From: Methanothrix sp.
GTDB taxonomy: Archaea > Halobacteriota > Methanosarcinia > Methanotrichales > Methanotrichaceae
Reading direction: 5' to 3'
Length of the DNA: 64,000 bases
Assembly: GCA_040770465.1 (NCBI GenBank)
Contig: JAXGJB010000004.1
Coordinates: 32,001 to 96,000 of the forward strand
Within the stretch, counting starts at the first letter, position 1. The number at the start of each line of letters is the position of its first letter. Of the stretch, positions 20,996 to 30,397 are shown in pieces. The position numbers were made by a program, and so were the translations under genes. The notes beneath the pieces were generated by a model that was given only the letters and a program-made list of their open reading frames with translations, was not told where the DNA came from and did no database searches.

Positions 20996-22006
20996 CTACC
21001 ACATCCCCCCGTAGGCGTAGGCGGTGGCGGCGGGCTCGACCTTCAGGATAACCGCCTGGCCCCGCTCGTAGAACCTCGTCTTTTCATACGGCCACTCGCC
21101 GTCCCATGCCCTGATGGTGTGCCACTGATTGCCAACGACTTTCAGCCTGTAGATCCCGTCGAGGGCGTCTCCTCCCTGCCCTTCGGTCCCGACGTAGTTC
21201 TCGTCGAGGTAGACGTCGTAGCCCCTCATGAACTGGGACTGCAGAGTGACGCTGACGTCACCGTAGGTGGGAGCGGGTGTGGTGGCGGGCGTGATGTCCG
21301 GTATAGTGGTCGTCGTAGCCGCGCCTTGCCCGGTACCAGCGGTGTTTCCGGTCGTCTCCGGGGCCCATTCCTCGCCTGCGTCGATGATGACGACGTTGCT
21401 CGGCTGGTTGTTGGCGACGAAGAACAGCGCATACCTCCCCTCTTCGGCGGCGAAGAAGCTCATCCTGTCATAGGTGGCGAGGGTATACGGGGTGATTGAA
21501 GTGTTGCCCGACGGCGAGATCTCGTAATAGTACGCCGAACCGCCTGCCGGAGTGGTGGTGACCAGCTGAAGCCAGGTTCCCACAGGACAGGCCGTATACC
21601 TCGTCCAGGCCGTCTCCCCCTCGATCCACAGGGCGTTAGAGCCGGTGTACATATCTGAGGATATGTACTCGGAGTACGGCACCGTCTGCCAGCCGAAGTA
21701 GAGGAGGTTTGGCTCGTTTCCTGTTATGGTGAAGCCGACGGGGCCTTGATCCAGCGGCGAGACCTCATCCTCGGTGAAGAAGTACTGGTAGTATCGATTG
21801 TATGTGAAGCTGGAACTCGTGGTGAAGCCGTAGGCCTCCGTCGAACCGGTGCTGCGGAAGACCTCGGCGCCGTAGCTCAGATAATCATCCCAGGGCTCTT
21901 CGATCTCCACATCCTGACCTGAGCCTTCGACGGCCTGGGCCAAACCCAGGCAAAGAAATATGGCAAGTAACGCTATTGTCCCACTCCTCGGTTTCATGAA
22001 TAACAC
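20996..22006 (-). CDS. Exported hypothetical protein with Thr/Pro-rich linker and PEGA-like C-terminal domain
   Basis: Signal peptide, NALWIEG, T-rich linker, YDVYLDENYVG. Confidence 0.7.
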   Translation of the reverse strand: MLFMKPRSGTIALLAIFLCLGLAQAVEGSGQDVEIEEPWDDYLSYGAEVFRSTGSTEAYGFTTSSSFTYNRYYQYFFTEDEVSPLDQGPVGFTITGNEPNLLYFGWQTVPYSEYISSDMYTGSNALWIEGETAWTRYTACPVGTWLQLVTTTPAGGSAYYYEISPSGNTSITPYTLATYDRMSFFAAEEGRYALFFVANNQPSNVVIIDAGEEWAPETTGNTAGTGQGAATTTTIPDITPATTPAPTYGDVSVTLQSQFMRGYDVYLDENYVGTEGQGGDALDGIYRLKVVGNQWHTIRAWDGEWPYEKTRFYERGQAVILKVEPAATAYAYGGMW

Positions 22007-22069
22007 CGGAGATGGAGGACGACCCTCCGGATAGTAAAGATTTTGGTGGGGGAGCGCCGTGTAGGTCCC

Positions 22070-22792
22070 ATGCCTTCAGCCCCCACTCCAGAAACTGAAG
22101 ATGGTAGAGCTGGATGTCGGAAGGAGGACCTCCTCGCCTGGAACCGGGAGTACCGGGATAAGGGGAGGATCTGGCGGGGCGCGGCGCCGAAGCTACCCGA
22201 CCTTCCGGCCGGGTCGAGGGTTCTGGAGCTTGGGTGCGGGAACGGAAAGACCCTCGCTGCGATGCTGAGATGCCCCTGGAGGATCGCTGCCCTGGACCTC
22301 TCTCCCCTGGCGGTGAGGCTCGGAAGGGATGGAGCGGCGGGGCTTTTGGCCGGTTCCGGCCCGGCCGAGTCGGTCCGGCCTCGGCGATCCCTCGGCGCCG
22401 ACTTCGTCGCGGCCGACGCCGTATCGCTTCCGTTCAGAGCATCGACCTTCGATGCGGTCTTCGCCTTCCACGTCATAGGCCACCTCCGCGAAGAGGGGCG
22501 CAGCCAGGCGGCACAGGAGGCGGCGCGGGTCCTGAAGCCGAGCGGCCGCCTCTTCTTCCTCGAGTTCGGGGTCGAGGACATGAGAATGGGGAAGGGGGAG
22601 GAGGTGGAGCCTATGACATTCAGGAGGGGTGGAGGCGTTCTGACCCACTACTTCGCCGAGGGCGAGGTGCTGGAGATCTTCGAGGTGCTCCGGCAGGTCT
22701 CGATCGTGACCGATCGGAGGATCACCCGGATCATGGGAAAAGACCATCTCCGGTCGGAGGTCGAGGCGGAGTTCATAAAGGTTGAGGGGTGA
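22070..22792 (+). CDS. Class I SAM-dependent methyltransferase
   Basis: VLELGCGNGK, ADA..LPF...FD, RVLKP.G; start uncertain. Confidence 0.85.
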   Translation: MPSAPTPETEDGRAGCRKEDLLAWNREYRDKGRIWRGAAPKLPDLPAGSRVLELGCGNGKTLAAMLRCPWRIAALDLSPLAVRLGRDGAAGLLAGSGPAESVRPRRSLGADFVAADAVSLPFRASTFDAVFAFHVIGHLREEGRSQAAQEAARVLKPSGRLFFLEFGVEDMRMGKGEEVEPMTFRRGGGVLTHYFAEGEVLEIFEVLRQVSIVTDRRITRIMGKDHLRSEVEAEFIKVEG

Positions 22793-22801
22793 AGAGGCAT
22801 C

Positions 22802-24073
22802 ATGGAGCGTTCCTTCTCCGAGATCAGAGCCAAGGCAGACAGGGGGGAGGCGGTCGTCCTCACCGCCATGGAGGTGCGTAAAATCCTCGACGATGGGGAG
22901 AGGCTGACCACCGAGGACGTCGACGTCGTGACATGCGCCACCAGAGCGGTGATGAGCGGGACCTACGCCGTCCTCTCCTTCCCGGTGGCATCACCCGGCT
23001 CCTTTCTCAGGGCGAAGAGAGCCTGGCTAAACGGCGTTCCCGCCGAGGTGGGCCCCTGCCCCAACGAGCGGCTGGGGATCGTCGACCTGATCGTCTTAGG
23101 GACTGCCTCCAGCAGGGATGATCCGAAGTACGGTGGAGGCCACCTCTTCCGGGACCTGGTCGAGGGAAAGAGCGTCTCCGTCGGGGTGGAGACGGACGCC
23201 GGGGACGGCTTCAGGGCTGATGTGAGCCTCGCCGATATGCAGCAGGCGCGGCTCTTTGGGACCCGCCACTCTTTCAAGAACTATTCGGCCTTCGTCAATC
23301 CCGGCGACGAGAGGGTTGCAAGCATCTTCCACGCCACCCTCTTCGACCCCTGCTGGAACGGCGCCTCAGTCTCCGGCTGCGGCCACATGAGCCCCGTCCA
23401 AAACGACCCAAGTCTCGAAACGATCGGCATCGGGACGAGGGTCTTGATCAACGGGGCTGAGGGGTTCGTCCTCGGTGCGGGAACCCGCAGCACCCTCGCG
23501 AGGCCGAACCTATCGGGGTTTGCAGACATGGCCAAAATGGACCCGGAGTACATGGGGGGCTTTGTCACCTCCTCTGGCCCCGAGTGCATATCGTCGTGGG
23601 CTGTCCCGATCCCGATAACAAGCGAAGCGATCCTTGAGAGCGTCTCCGCCTCCGACGGGTCGATACCCCTCCCGGTGATGGACGTCGTCAGCAGAAGAGA
23701 GATCGGTCAGGCGAGCTACGGCGACGTCTGGGAGGAGGTCGATCTCGAGGTGAGGTTTGACCCCGAGGCGTGTAAGAGGTGCACCCAGTGCATCCCCGAA
23801 GCGATCTGCCCGATGGGGGCCATAGGCTTTAGAGACTGGAAGCCCACCCTCGACCGAAAAAAATGCTTCAACTGCGGCCTCTGCTCGACATCTTGCGTTG
23901 GGGAGGTCTTCAGAGCTCACCTCGGCTCACTCCGATTCAGCGGTCGAGAGGTCCCCATCGTGGTCAGGCAGTCCGATCGGCTCAGGGCGGAGAGGCTTGC
24001 AGAAGATCTGAAGAGGAGGATCCTAGACCGCGGGTTCAGGATGACGGAGATGGTGGAGCGGATCTCGCCATGA
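22802..24073 (+). CDS. Methanogenesis marker 16 metalloprotein (DUF39 + 2x[4Fe-4S]); proposed CoM-forming enzyme ComF
   Basis: VDVVTCAT..MSGT, GPCPNERLG, YGGGHLF, SGCG..SP..NDP, CKRC..C....CP and CFNCGLC...C; adjacent to comDE. Confidence 0.85.
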   Translation: MERSFSEIRAKADRGEAVVLTAMEVRKILDDGERLTTEDVDVVTCATRAVMSGTYAVLSFPVASPGSFLRAKRAWLNGVPAEVGPCPNERLGIVDLIVLGTASSRDDPKYGGGHLFRDLVEGKSVSVGVETDAGDGFRADVSLADMQQARLFGTRHSFKNYSAFVNPGDERVASIFHATLFDPCWNGASVSGCGHMSPVQNDPSLETIGIGTRVLINGAEGFVLGAGTRSTLARPNLSGFADMAKMDPEYMGGFVTSSGPECISSWAVPIPITSEAILESVSASDGSIPLPVMDVVSRREIGQASYGDVWEEVDLEVRFDPEACKRCTQCIPEAICPMGAIGFRDWKPTLDRKKCFNCGLCSTSCVGEVFRAHLGSLRFSGREVPIVVRQSDRLRAERLAEDLKRRILDRGFRMTEMVERISP

Positions 24074-24599
24074 ACCGACGGATGATCTCCTCTGGGGATA
24101 GATCGATCACCGGGACGTCGGCGTTTCCGATCTCGACCTTGACCACCAGGACGCCCCTCTCGACGAGGCAGTCTCGAAGCTCCTCCGGCGTTGCTGCGAC
24201 CCTCACCTCGTTTCCGGCGCCTCTCGCGATCCGGGCGAGGTCCGCCCTCCTGCAGGTGCAGGTCGGCTGGCATCCGGTGGAGCCGTAGCAGCCGTTGTCC
24301 AGGATGATCAGGAGGTAGTTTTTCGGGCTCTGATCGGCGATGGTGGCGAGGCTTCCCAGGTTCATCAGGACGGAGCCGTCGCCGTCGATGGCTACGACCC
24401 TCCGGTCCGGTCGGGCGAGGGCGAGGCCCAGGCCGATGGACGAGGCAAGGCCCATCGACCCGAGCATGTAAAAGTTCGATGGCCGATCGCCGACTGCGTA
24501 TAATTCTCGGGAAGGATAGCCGATGTTTCCCACCAGAAGGGCGTCCATGGACTCGGCTCCTTGAGCGATGATGGCGATGGCGTCGATCCTCTTCATCAT
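24036..24599 (-). CDS. comE: Sulfopyruvate decarboxylase beta subunit
   Basis: NIGYPSRELY, NFYMLGSMGLASSIGLG, TPP motif DGDGS.LMN...DN. Confidence 0.9.
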   Translation of the reverse strand: MMKRIDAIAIIAQGAESMDALLVGNIGYPSRELYAVGDRPSNFYMLGSMGLASSIGLGLALARPDRRVVAIDGDGSVLMNLGSLATIADQSPKNYLLIILDNGCYGSTGCQPTCTCRRADLARIARGAGNEVRVAATPEELRDCLVERGVLVVKVEIGNADVPVIDLSPEEIIRRFMARSAPPSPSS

Positions 24600-25108
24600 A
24601 AAGAGCGACCCCTCCAGAACCGGATATCCAGCAGCACTGCCGCTGGCGTGCCGTCGGCCCAGGCGATCTTTGCGGCCTGGGCCACGATATCTTCGGCCTC
24701 TGAGGGGTCGGGCGCGAACCGGGGGATCTCCATGGCCTCGAGGAGCTTCGGCGTCATCCTCCCCATGGGGACCTGGCCCGCTATCGTCTCACCCTCGCCA
24801 CCCCGATGGCTGATGATCAAAAGGAGCGGAATCCTGTAGAGGCCGTTCAGAGAGGCGAGGGCGTTGATGCTGTTTCCAAGCCCCGAGTTCTGCATCAGGA
24901 GGGCGGGCCTCTTGCCGCCGAGATATGCCCCTGCGCATATCCCCACCCCCTCCTCCTCCCGGGTGGCGGGGACGTGAGTTGTATCCGGGTCGGAGGCCGC
25001 GATGGCGATGAGCCTATCGAGGTTGACGCAAGGGACGCTGGCGACGAAGTCTATGCCCGCCCGCTTCATCCCTGCATATACGGCCCGGCTGGGATCGATG
25101 CCGTTCAT
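24596..25108 (-). CDS. comD: Sulfopyruvate decarboxylase alpha subunit (ORF open to 25180)
   Basis: SVPC, TREEEGVGICAGA, LMQNSGLGN.INAL, SHRG, QVPMG. Confidence 0.9.
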   Translation of the reverse strand: MNGIDPSRAVYAGMKRAGIDFVASVPCVNLDRLIAIAASDPDTTHVPATREEEGVGICAGAYLGGKRPALLMQNSGLGNSINALASLNGLYRIPLLLIISHRGGEGETIAGQVPMGRMTPKLLEAMEIPRFAPDPSEAEDIVAQAAKIAWADGTPAAVLLDIRFWRGRSL

Positions 25109-25333
25109 TCCGATCCTGATATTGATACCATCATTTAAATGTTGATCTCGATCCATTCTCGACCAGGTCTTCGGAATCATCTTCGCGGCCCTGTCTTCAG
25201 AACTCCTCTCGACCCGGTCCTCAGAGGCATCCTCTGACCCGGAGTCGGAGATCCATAGATGGGGTCTTGCGGTAAAGGTAAAGGCCGGAAGGAAAAATAG
25301 AATGGGGGATTTGAAGGACGGAAGAGGCGGCCT

Positions 25334-26236
25334 TCAAGGGAACTTTCTGCCAAACTTCTCTTCGAGCTGACTCTTTATATCCCCAATTACGGCCTGGGTC
25401 TCTTCTGCGTTGGGACCGGATCCGGTCTGGTTCACGGCCTGCTCAGTCTCTCCAACCCCTCCGGTTTCGCTGACGGCCTGCTCAGTCTCTTCTGCAGGCC
25501 CGGTTTCGTTCACCACCGTCTCCGCCGGCGCCGCGACCTCTTCGGTCTGGTTCACGGCCTCGGCAGATCCCGGCTCACCCATCTCGAGCCCCTCGCAGTA
25601 GCCGGGCGTGAGGGGTGAGCTGCTCTCGTTGATGGTTATTCGGAGAGAGTCGGGGAAGTAGACCACGACGTCCTCGGTGACGTTCCCGTCTATGAATATC
25701 GCGGAGATTACGGAAGTGGTCAGGTTGGACGGCTGGTAGACGACCAGTGCCTGGTTTCCGATCATTCCCCAGATGGCGGGCCGATCGCCGATAAGATAGG
25801 GGTCAGGGCTGTAAACGGTCTGATTAAGCTCTGGGCTGAAGCTCTCGGCGACCGCTTTCAGGCCCAGGGCGTCAAGCTCTTCTTCAGGGGGATCGCAAGG
25901 GTAGAGGAGGAGGACAAAGACTCTGCTCCCGTTGAAAAGGAGAGTTGCTTGCACGTATCTTCCTTCGGAGTAATTTCCCTCGGAGAGGGATTCTGCCTCC
26001 ACGATATCCTCAACTTCCTTAGGGACGGCGAAGCCGATCTCTGCATAGTCGTACAGGTCCCCACCGATCCAGGTGAGATTTTCATCCTGGGCTGTATCTT
26101 CGGCCTGGGTTGCATTTTCGTCCTGGGCTGCCGCCGGCATACAAATCAGAAGGCATAGCATGATGCATCCAAATAAGATCTTCAGCCATCCTGGGGCTGA
26201 ACTGCAAGGCATAACCGCGATTTTCATCCACTTCAC
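25334..26236 (-). CDS. Exported acidic hypothetical protein
   Basis: Signal peptide, many N-x-S/T sequons, EQAV(S/N)(E/Q)TG repeats near C-terminus. Confidence 0.7.
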   Translation of the reverse strand: MKWMKIAVMPCSSAPGWLKILFGCIMLCLLICMPAAAQDENATQAEDTAQDENLTWIGGDLYDYAEIGFAVPKEVEDIVEAESLSEGNYSEGRYVQATLLFNGSRVFVLLLYPCDPPEEELDALGLKAVAESFSPELNQTVYSPDPYLIGDRPAIWGMIGNQALVVYQPSNLTTSVISAIFIDGNVTEDVVVYFPDSLRITINESSSPLTPGYCEGLEMGEPGSAEAVNQTEEVAAPAETVVNETGPAEETEQAVSETGGVGETEQAVNQTGSGPNAEETQAVIGDIKSQLEEKFGRKFP

Positions 26237-26245
26237 CTCGTGAAA

Positions 26246-26401
26246 TTAATCTATCCTGAACTCGGGCTTGAACCATCCAGATCTCATCTTCAAAGTCTTC
26301 CAATACAAGCCGACACCACTGGCCAGCCTCCTCTTCGACCCCGGCGATCCGTCATCCGTCCCCTCCTTCTTCAGATCGTCCTCTGAAAGATCATTCGCCA
26401 T
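26246..26401 (-). CDS. Possible small hypothetical protein (MANDLSEDDLKKEG..., 51 aa)
   Basis: 3' part of ORF 26246..26524 with GGAG-like RBS, ending 9 nt before the next gene; no motif recognised. Confidence 0.3.
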   Translation of the reverse strand: MANDLSEDDLKKEGTDDGSPGSKRRLASGVGLYWKTLKMRSGWFKPEFRID

Positions 26402-26895
26402 CAGATGCCCACTCCAGGTTCTGAGACGGCGGAGCCTCATTCGATCCGAGGCCACAACCAGCGCCCGGCATTTCTGTATCCATTTTTTATCTCGTCGCAT
26501 CATAGTATTATAATTAACGGCCATGGAGGGTAGGTTTGCGGCAACGAGCCTCAGATTTGGCCCTCATCTGAATCCCATTTCAACCTGAAGAAGAAAATAG
26601 ACTGTAGACTGAAACGGGGCGGCGAGGGCTCTCCGGCAAGCGCCCGCTCAATCGCCCAAGACCTCAAACAGGCCGATCGCCGCCCGGCTCCTCGCGGGGT
26701 TCGGCGTCGCCTCGGCCCTGGCCAAGAACCAGAGGGAAACGAACGGCGGCATAATCGATGCCAAAATCTTCGCGATGCTTCACCGCTTCGCGCTATCTTC
26801 GTTGTGGCTCTTACCCCAGGCGGCGCAGAAATTCGGACGGCTGGGAGGAGGGGCGACGAAATCGAGAAATAGCAGGGGCGCGAATTTTCGCGAGG

Positions 26896-28158
26896 GTGAA
26901 AAGGACGGCGGACGAAGGGCGCAGGGTTGTGGCTGCCGAGGAGATCCCGGCGGCTGACGTTCCGAAAACTGATCGGGAGCTTCTTCTTGGGCGCAGGGTG
27001 GTGAGGGCCGAGGAGATCCTAGCGGAGATCGAGCGGGGTGAGCCAGTCAAGTACGAGAACGTGATCGTCGAGGGAGATTTGGACCTTGATAACATAGGAT
27101 TAAGATTAGAACGCATAAAGTTACATCCAGATCTTATTAGCCCTGAATTCGGTGCTGTAGAATACGATGTCAAATGCGTTAAATCTATCATAGAAATCAA
27201 AGATTGTGATCTGAAAGGATCTGTGAATTTTGCTAAAGCAATTTTCCATGAAGTTGTTGATTTTACAGAAACAGTATTTTATGGACGAGTTGATTTTGGG
27301 CAAACAGTATTCTGTAAAGAGACAATCTTTGCTTGGACGCATTTTCATAAACGTGCTGTATTTTATATGGCTCGATTTAAGGGTAATGCTATTTTTGGAT
27401 ATAATTTCGGTCACAATAATGGTAATGGTGCAAAATTTAATGAAGATGCAACTTTTGGTCACGCTATTTTCGAAAAACAATCCGATTTTTTCAACACTCA
27501 ATTTAATCGATCCGCCGTTTTTTTCAGAGCACAGTTTTTTGAAAATGCCTATTTTGATTTGGCTCGATTTGAGGATGAAATTCAGTTCATCGATGCCAAA
27601 TTTAATAAATGGTTAGAATTAAATGGTACTAAAATTAATAGAATCACTTTATTTTTCATTTGTGGTGATGTGCAAATTTCACTACGTCAGTCCCAATTCA
27701 ATCGATTTTCTGTCCCCCTAGCTCAGATCAAAAAACTGGAGGCTTCCGATGAAGATAGATTGGCACTAATTAATAATTTTAAAAATATGGGCTTATTCGA
27801 AGATGCAGATAAATTTTATTATGAATATAGAAAATCCAAGATGATGGAAAAAGGAAGATCTTATTGGTCTAGGCTTTATGATATTATATCCTTCCTATCT
27901 TGTGGTTATGGTGTTCGTCCTGATTTCACATTAATTATTATTGGAACAATAATATTTCTATCCGGACTTCTATTTTTGGGAAGCGGTCATTCAATTTGGG
28001 AGTGTTTCTATTTCAGCATAATGACGTTCGCAGGAAACGGACCAGACAATTTGGAGTTGACCAGTTTTTTAAGAATCGTGGAAGTAATCGAAGCAATTTC
28101 AGGCTATCTCTTCCTCGCGCTCTTAGTCATAGTGCTGGCCCGAAAATTCATCAGGTGA
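26896..28158 (+). CDS. Pentapeptide-repeat protein with C-terminal two-TM potassium-channel-like domain
   Basis: AEEILAEIERGEPV.Y.NVIVEGDLDL, A.F..A.F repeats, CGYGVRP, FYFSIMTF, EAISGY..LAL; start uncertain (GTG 26896; ORF open to 26758). Confidence 0.8.
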   Translation: MKRTADEGRRVVAAEEIPAADVPKTDRELLLGRRVVRAEEILAEIERGEPVKYENVIVEGDLDLDNIGLRLERIKLHPDLISPEFGAVEYDVKCVKSIIEIKDCDLKGSVNFAKAIFHEVVDFTETVFYGRVDFGQTVFCKETIFAWTHFHKRAVFYMARFKGNAIFGYNFGHNNGNGAKFNEDATFGHAIFEKQSDFFNTQFNRSAVFFRAQFFENAYFDLARFEDEIQFIDAKFNKWLELNGTKINRITLFFICGDVQISLRQSQFNRFSVPLAQIKKLEASDEDRLALINNFKNMGLFEDADKFYYEYRKSKMMEKGRSYWSRLYDIISFLSCGYGVRPDFTLIIIGTIIFLSGLLFLGSGHSIWECFYFSIMTFAGNGPDNLELTSFLRIVEVIEAISGYLFLALLVIVLARKFIR

Positions 28159-28179
28159 GCGACAGTATTGCCCCGCCTC

Positions 28180-28866
28180 TCACCACACTTTCAGATCGAT
28201 GCTCTCGATCCTGACCATCCTCCCCTCGGAGTGGACGATCATCCCCGAGTGGACCTTCTGCATCATGCAGTGCTCGGGAAGAAAGCTCACCGTCTCCCCG
28301 ACCTCGGGGATCCGGCCCCTGCTGACGACCCCCTCGAAGGCCGCCACCAGGCAGACGCCCACGTCTTTTGGGGCGAAGCTCTCGTCGCCGAGGAGGTGGC
28401 GGGGCCCCACCATGTGGACGGTGACCAGGCCGTGATCGATCTTGATGATCTTTCCGAAATGAGTTACGGGACAGCCGAGGGGCCGGTAGCGGAGGACGTC
28501 TCCGACCTCAAACTCAGCATCCCGGTCGAAGGGGTGGACGTCCTCGCGACAGGAGGGCTCGCCGGGGAGGGGCGCCAGGGCGAAGTCCGCGGCGAGGCCG
28601 TCGATGACTCCCCGGATCTCGGCCCCTCCCTCTTCCTCTTCGCCTCCTCGCCCCTCGGCCCGTCGCCTCCGGAGCCGTGGGAGGATCTCCTCTATCTCAG
28701 CCCTCTTCTCCCGGTGCTTCTCGAGGCCTAGGTGAGGGCAGAGGTCGATCTCGACCTCTCGTCCCCGGTCGGTGCCTCTCAAGAGGGCTCTCGCGAACTC
28801 CCGGCAGTTCTTGAACCCGCACTCACCGCAGTTGTAGCCGGGCAGAAGCCGTTCGATCTCCTTCAT
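28180..28866 (-). CDS. Fe-S cluster-binding protein
   Basis: LPGYNCGECGFKNCREFA...CP, GCPVTH, HCMMQKVHSG. Confidence 0.85.
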   Translation of the reverse strand: MKEIERLLPGYNCGECGFKNCREFARALLRGTDRGREVEIDLCPHLGLEKHREKRAEIEEILPRLRRRRAEGRGGEEEEGGAEIRGVIDGLAADFALAPLPGEPSCREDVHPFDRDAEFEVGDVLRYRPLGCPVTHFGKIIKIDHGLVTVHMVGPRHLLGDESFAPKDVGVCLVAAFEGVVSRGRIPEVGETVSFLPEHCMMQKVHSGMIVHSEGRMVRIESIDLKVW

Positions 28867-28925
28867 CTCGCTTGCTCCATCCGCTTGCTCAGTCGATGGT
28901 CGTCAGTCTGGGACTTCAGCCCTCT

Positions 28926-29624
28926 CTACTCCCCGGAGTACTCCATGAACCCGTCCAGGTGGCGGAGGACCCCCCGATGGTGCTCCTTCGATACCCGGAG
29001 CTCCCCGGTGCAGAGGGTACAGATTGCGAGGGGCGGGTTGTGCCGCAGGAGCATCTGGTCGCCGACATCGGGGCCGTCCCTTATCAGCTCGGCGAGCTCC
29101 GCCGCCCCCTTGCCGGATAGGCCGTTCGCCTCGACGATCCTGCAGCCGGGGTTCGCCTCAAGAATCCTCTCCCGGAAGACCTCCCTCTCGGCCTGGGAGA
29201 CCATGTCCCCCTTCGTCACCACGGCGACGTCCGCCGTCGTCAGAAGAGGCCCCACCTTGAGGGGAGCATTTGGCCCGGTGGTGACGTCGATGACGCATAC
29301 CGCAAGGCACGAGTCGGGGTAGGGGGCGCACCGGAGGCAGAGCCCCGCCGTCTCGTTCAGGAGGACGTCGGCCTCCTCGCCTTCTGCCCACTTTAGCATC
29401 TCGTCGACGTTGTATATCGAGTAGTGGTCCGGACACATGTCCTTTGCAAGGCCCACGGCGACGGGGACCCCGAGCCGCTGAAACCTCCTGTCGTCCTCGG
29501 TCCAGAGACAGTCGATCTTGACGACTGCTGGTCTGACCCCCTCCCTCTGGAGGCTCTTTGCGGCGTGGATCAGAACCGAGGTCTTGCCGGAGCCCGGGGT
29601 TCCCGCGATCACTGCAAGCTTCAA
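28926..29624 (-). CDS. CobW/HypB/UreG-family GTP-binding protein
   Basis: [32 protein letters not shown]. Confidence 0.85.
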   Translation of the reverse strand: MKLAVIAGTPGSGKTSVLIHAAKSLQREGVRPAVVKIDCLWTEDDRRFQRLGVPVAVGLAKDMCPDHYSIYNVDEMLKWAEGEEADVLLNETAGLCLRCAPYPDSCLAVCVIDVTTGPNAPLKVGPLLTTADVAVVTKGDMVSQAEREVFRERILEANPGCRIVEANGLSGKGAAELAELIRDGPDVGDQMLLRHNPPLAICTLCTGELRVSKEHHRGVLRHLDGFMEYSGE

Positions 29625-30394
29625 AGCGCTGCCCCCACCACCACCTCGCCCCGCCGGATCGTCTCCCTCAGGTTCATCAGCCAGTCGTCGACTTTTGCCA
29701 GATCCTCGCAGACCTTCTGCTCGGAAGCGCTCGTCTCGATAACCCTCACCATCCCGCCGTTCTTCATGACGACCCTCCTCGAAGTCATCAATGCCAGCAT
29801 CGGGTCGTGGGTCACCACGACGACGATCTTCCCCTCGCCTGCGAGAAGCTCCAGAGCCTCCTTCTTCTTGATTCCGGCGTTCTCGATCTCGTCGATGAGG
29901 ACGATCGGCGAATCGCTGATCACGGCGATGTCAGCGGTCATGAGAGCCCTCGACTGGCCGCCGCTCAGGATCGTAAGATGGTGATGGGGTTGGACCGGTT
30001 CGCCTGTGAGGGTGTTGGCTAGCTCGATCACTCGCCCCACCACCTCAGGGGACCTTCCCCTGCTCTTGGCGTGCATCCGCAGGAACTCCTCGACGCTCAT
30101 GTCGGCTAGAAAGTGCATGTTCTGGGAGAGCTGGGCTATCAGCTTCTTTCGGGGGTCGGATCTCGTCTCGGCTTTTGGCTCGCATCCGTCGATCAGGATC
30201 TTCCGGCCCGAAGGGGTGTCACCCTGGGCGAACTGCTCGATGTCGGCTATGAGGGAGCTCTTTCCAGAGCCTGTCGGGCCGACGATCCCGATGATCTCGC
30301 CCCGGTGCATCTCAAGCATCTCCACCTGGTCCGGGTCTCCATCTTTGTCCACCCCCCCGATGATGGTGAGCTTGCAGGCTTTGTCCGTCGTCAT
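29621..30394 (-). CDS. Stand-alone ABC-type ATPase
   Basis: [21 protein letters not shown]; no permease in operon. Confidence 0.9.
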   Translation of the reverse strand: MTTDKACKLTIIGGVDKDGDPDQVEMLEMHRGEIIGIVGPTGSGKSSLIADIEQFAQGDTPSGRKILIDGCEPKAETRSDPRKKLIAQLSQNMHFLADMSVEEFLRMHAKSRGRSPEVVGRVIELANTLTGEPVQPHHHLTILSGGQSRALMTADIAVISDSPIVLIDEIENAGIKKKEALELLAGEGKIVVVVTHDPMLALMTSRRVVMKNGGMVRVIETSASEQKVCEDLAKVDDWLMNLRETIRRGEVVVGAAL

Positions 30395-30397
30395 GGT

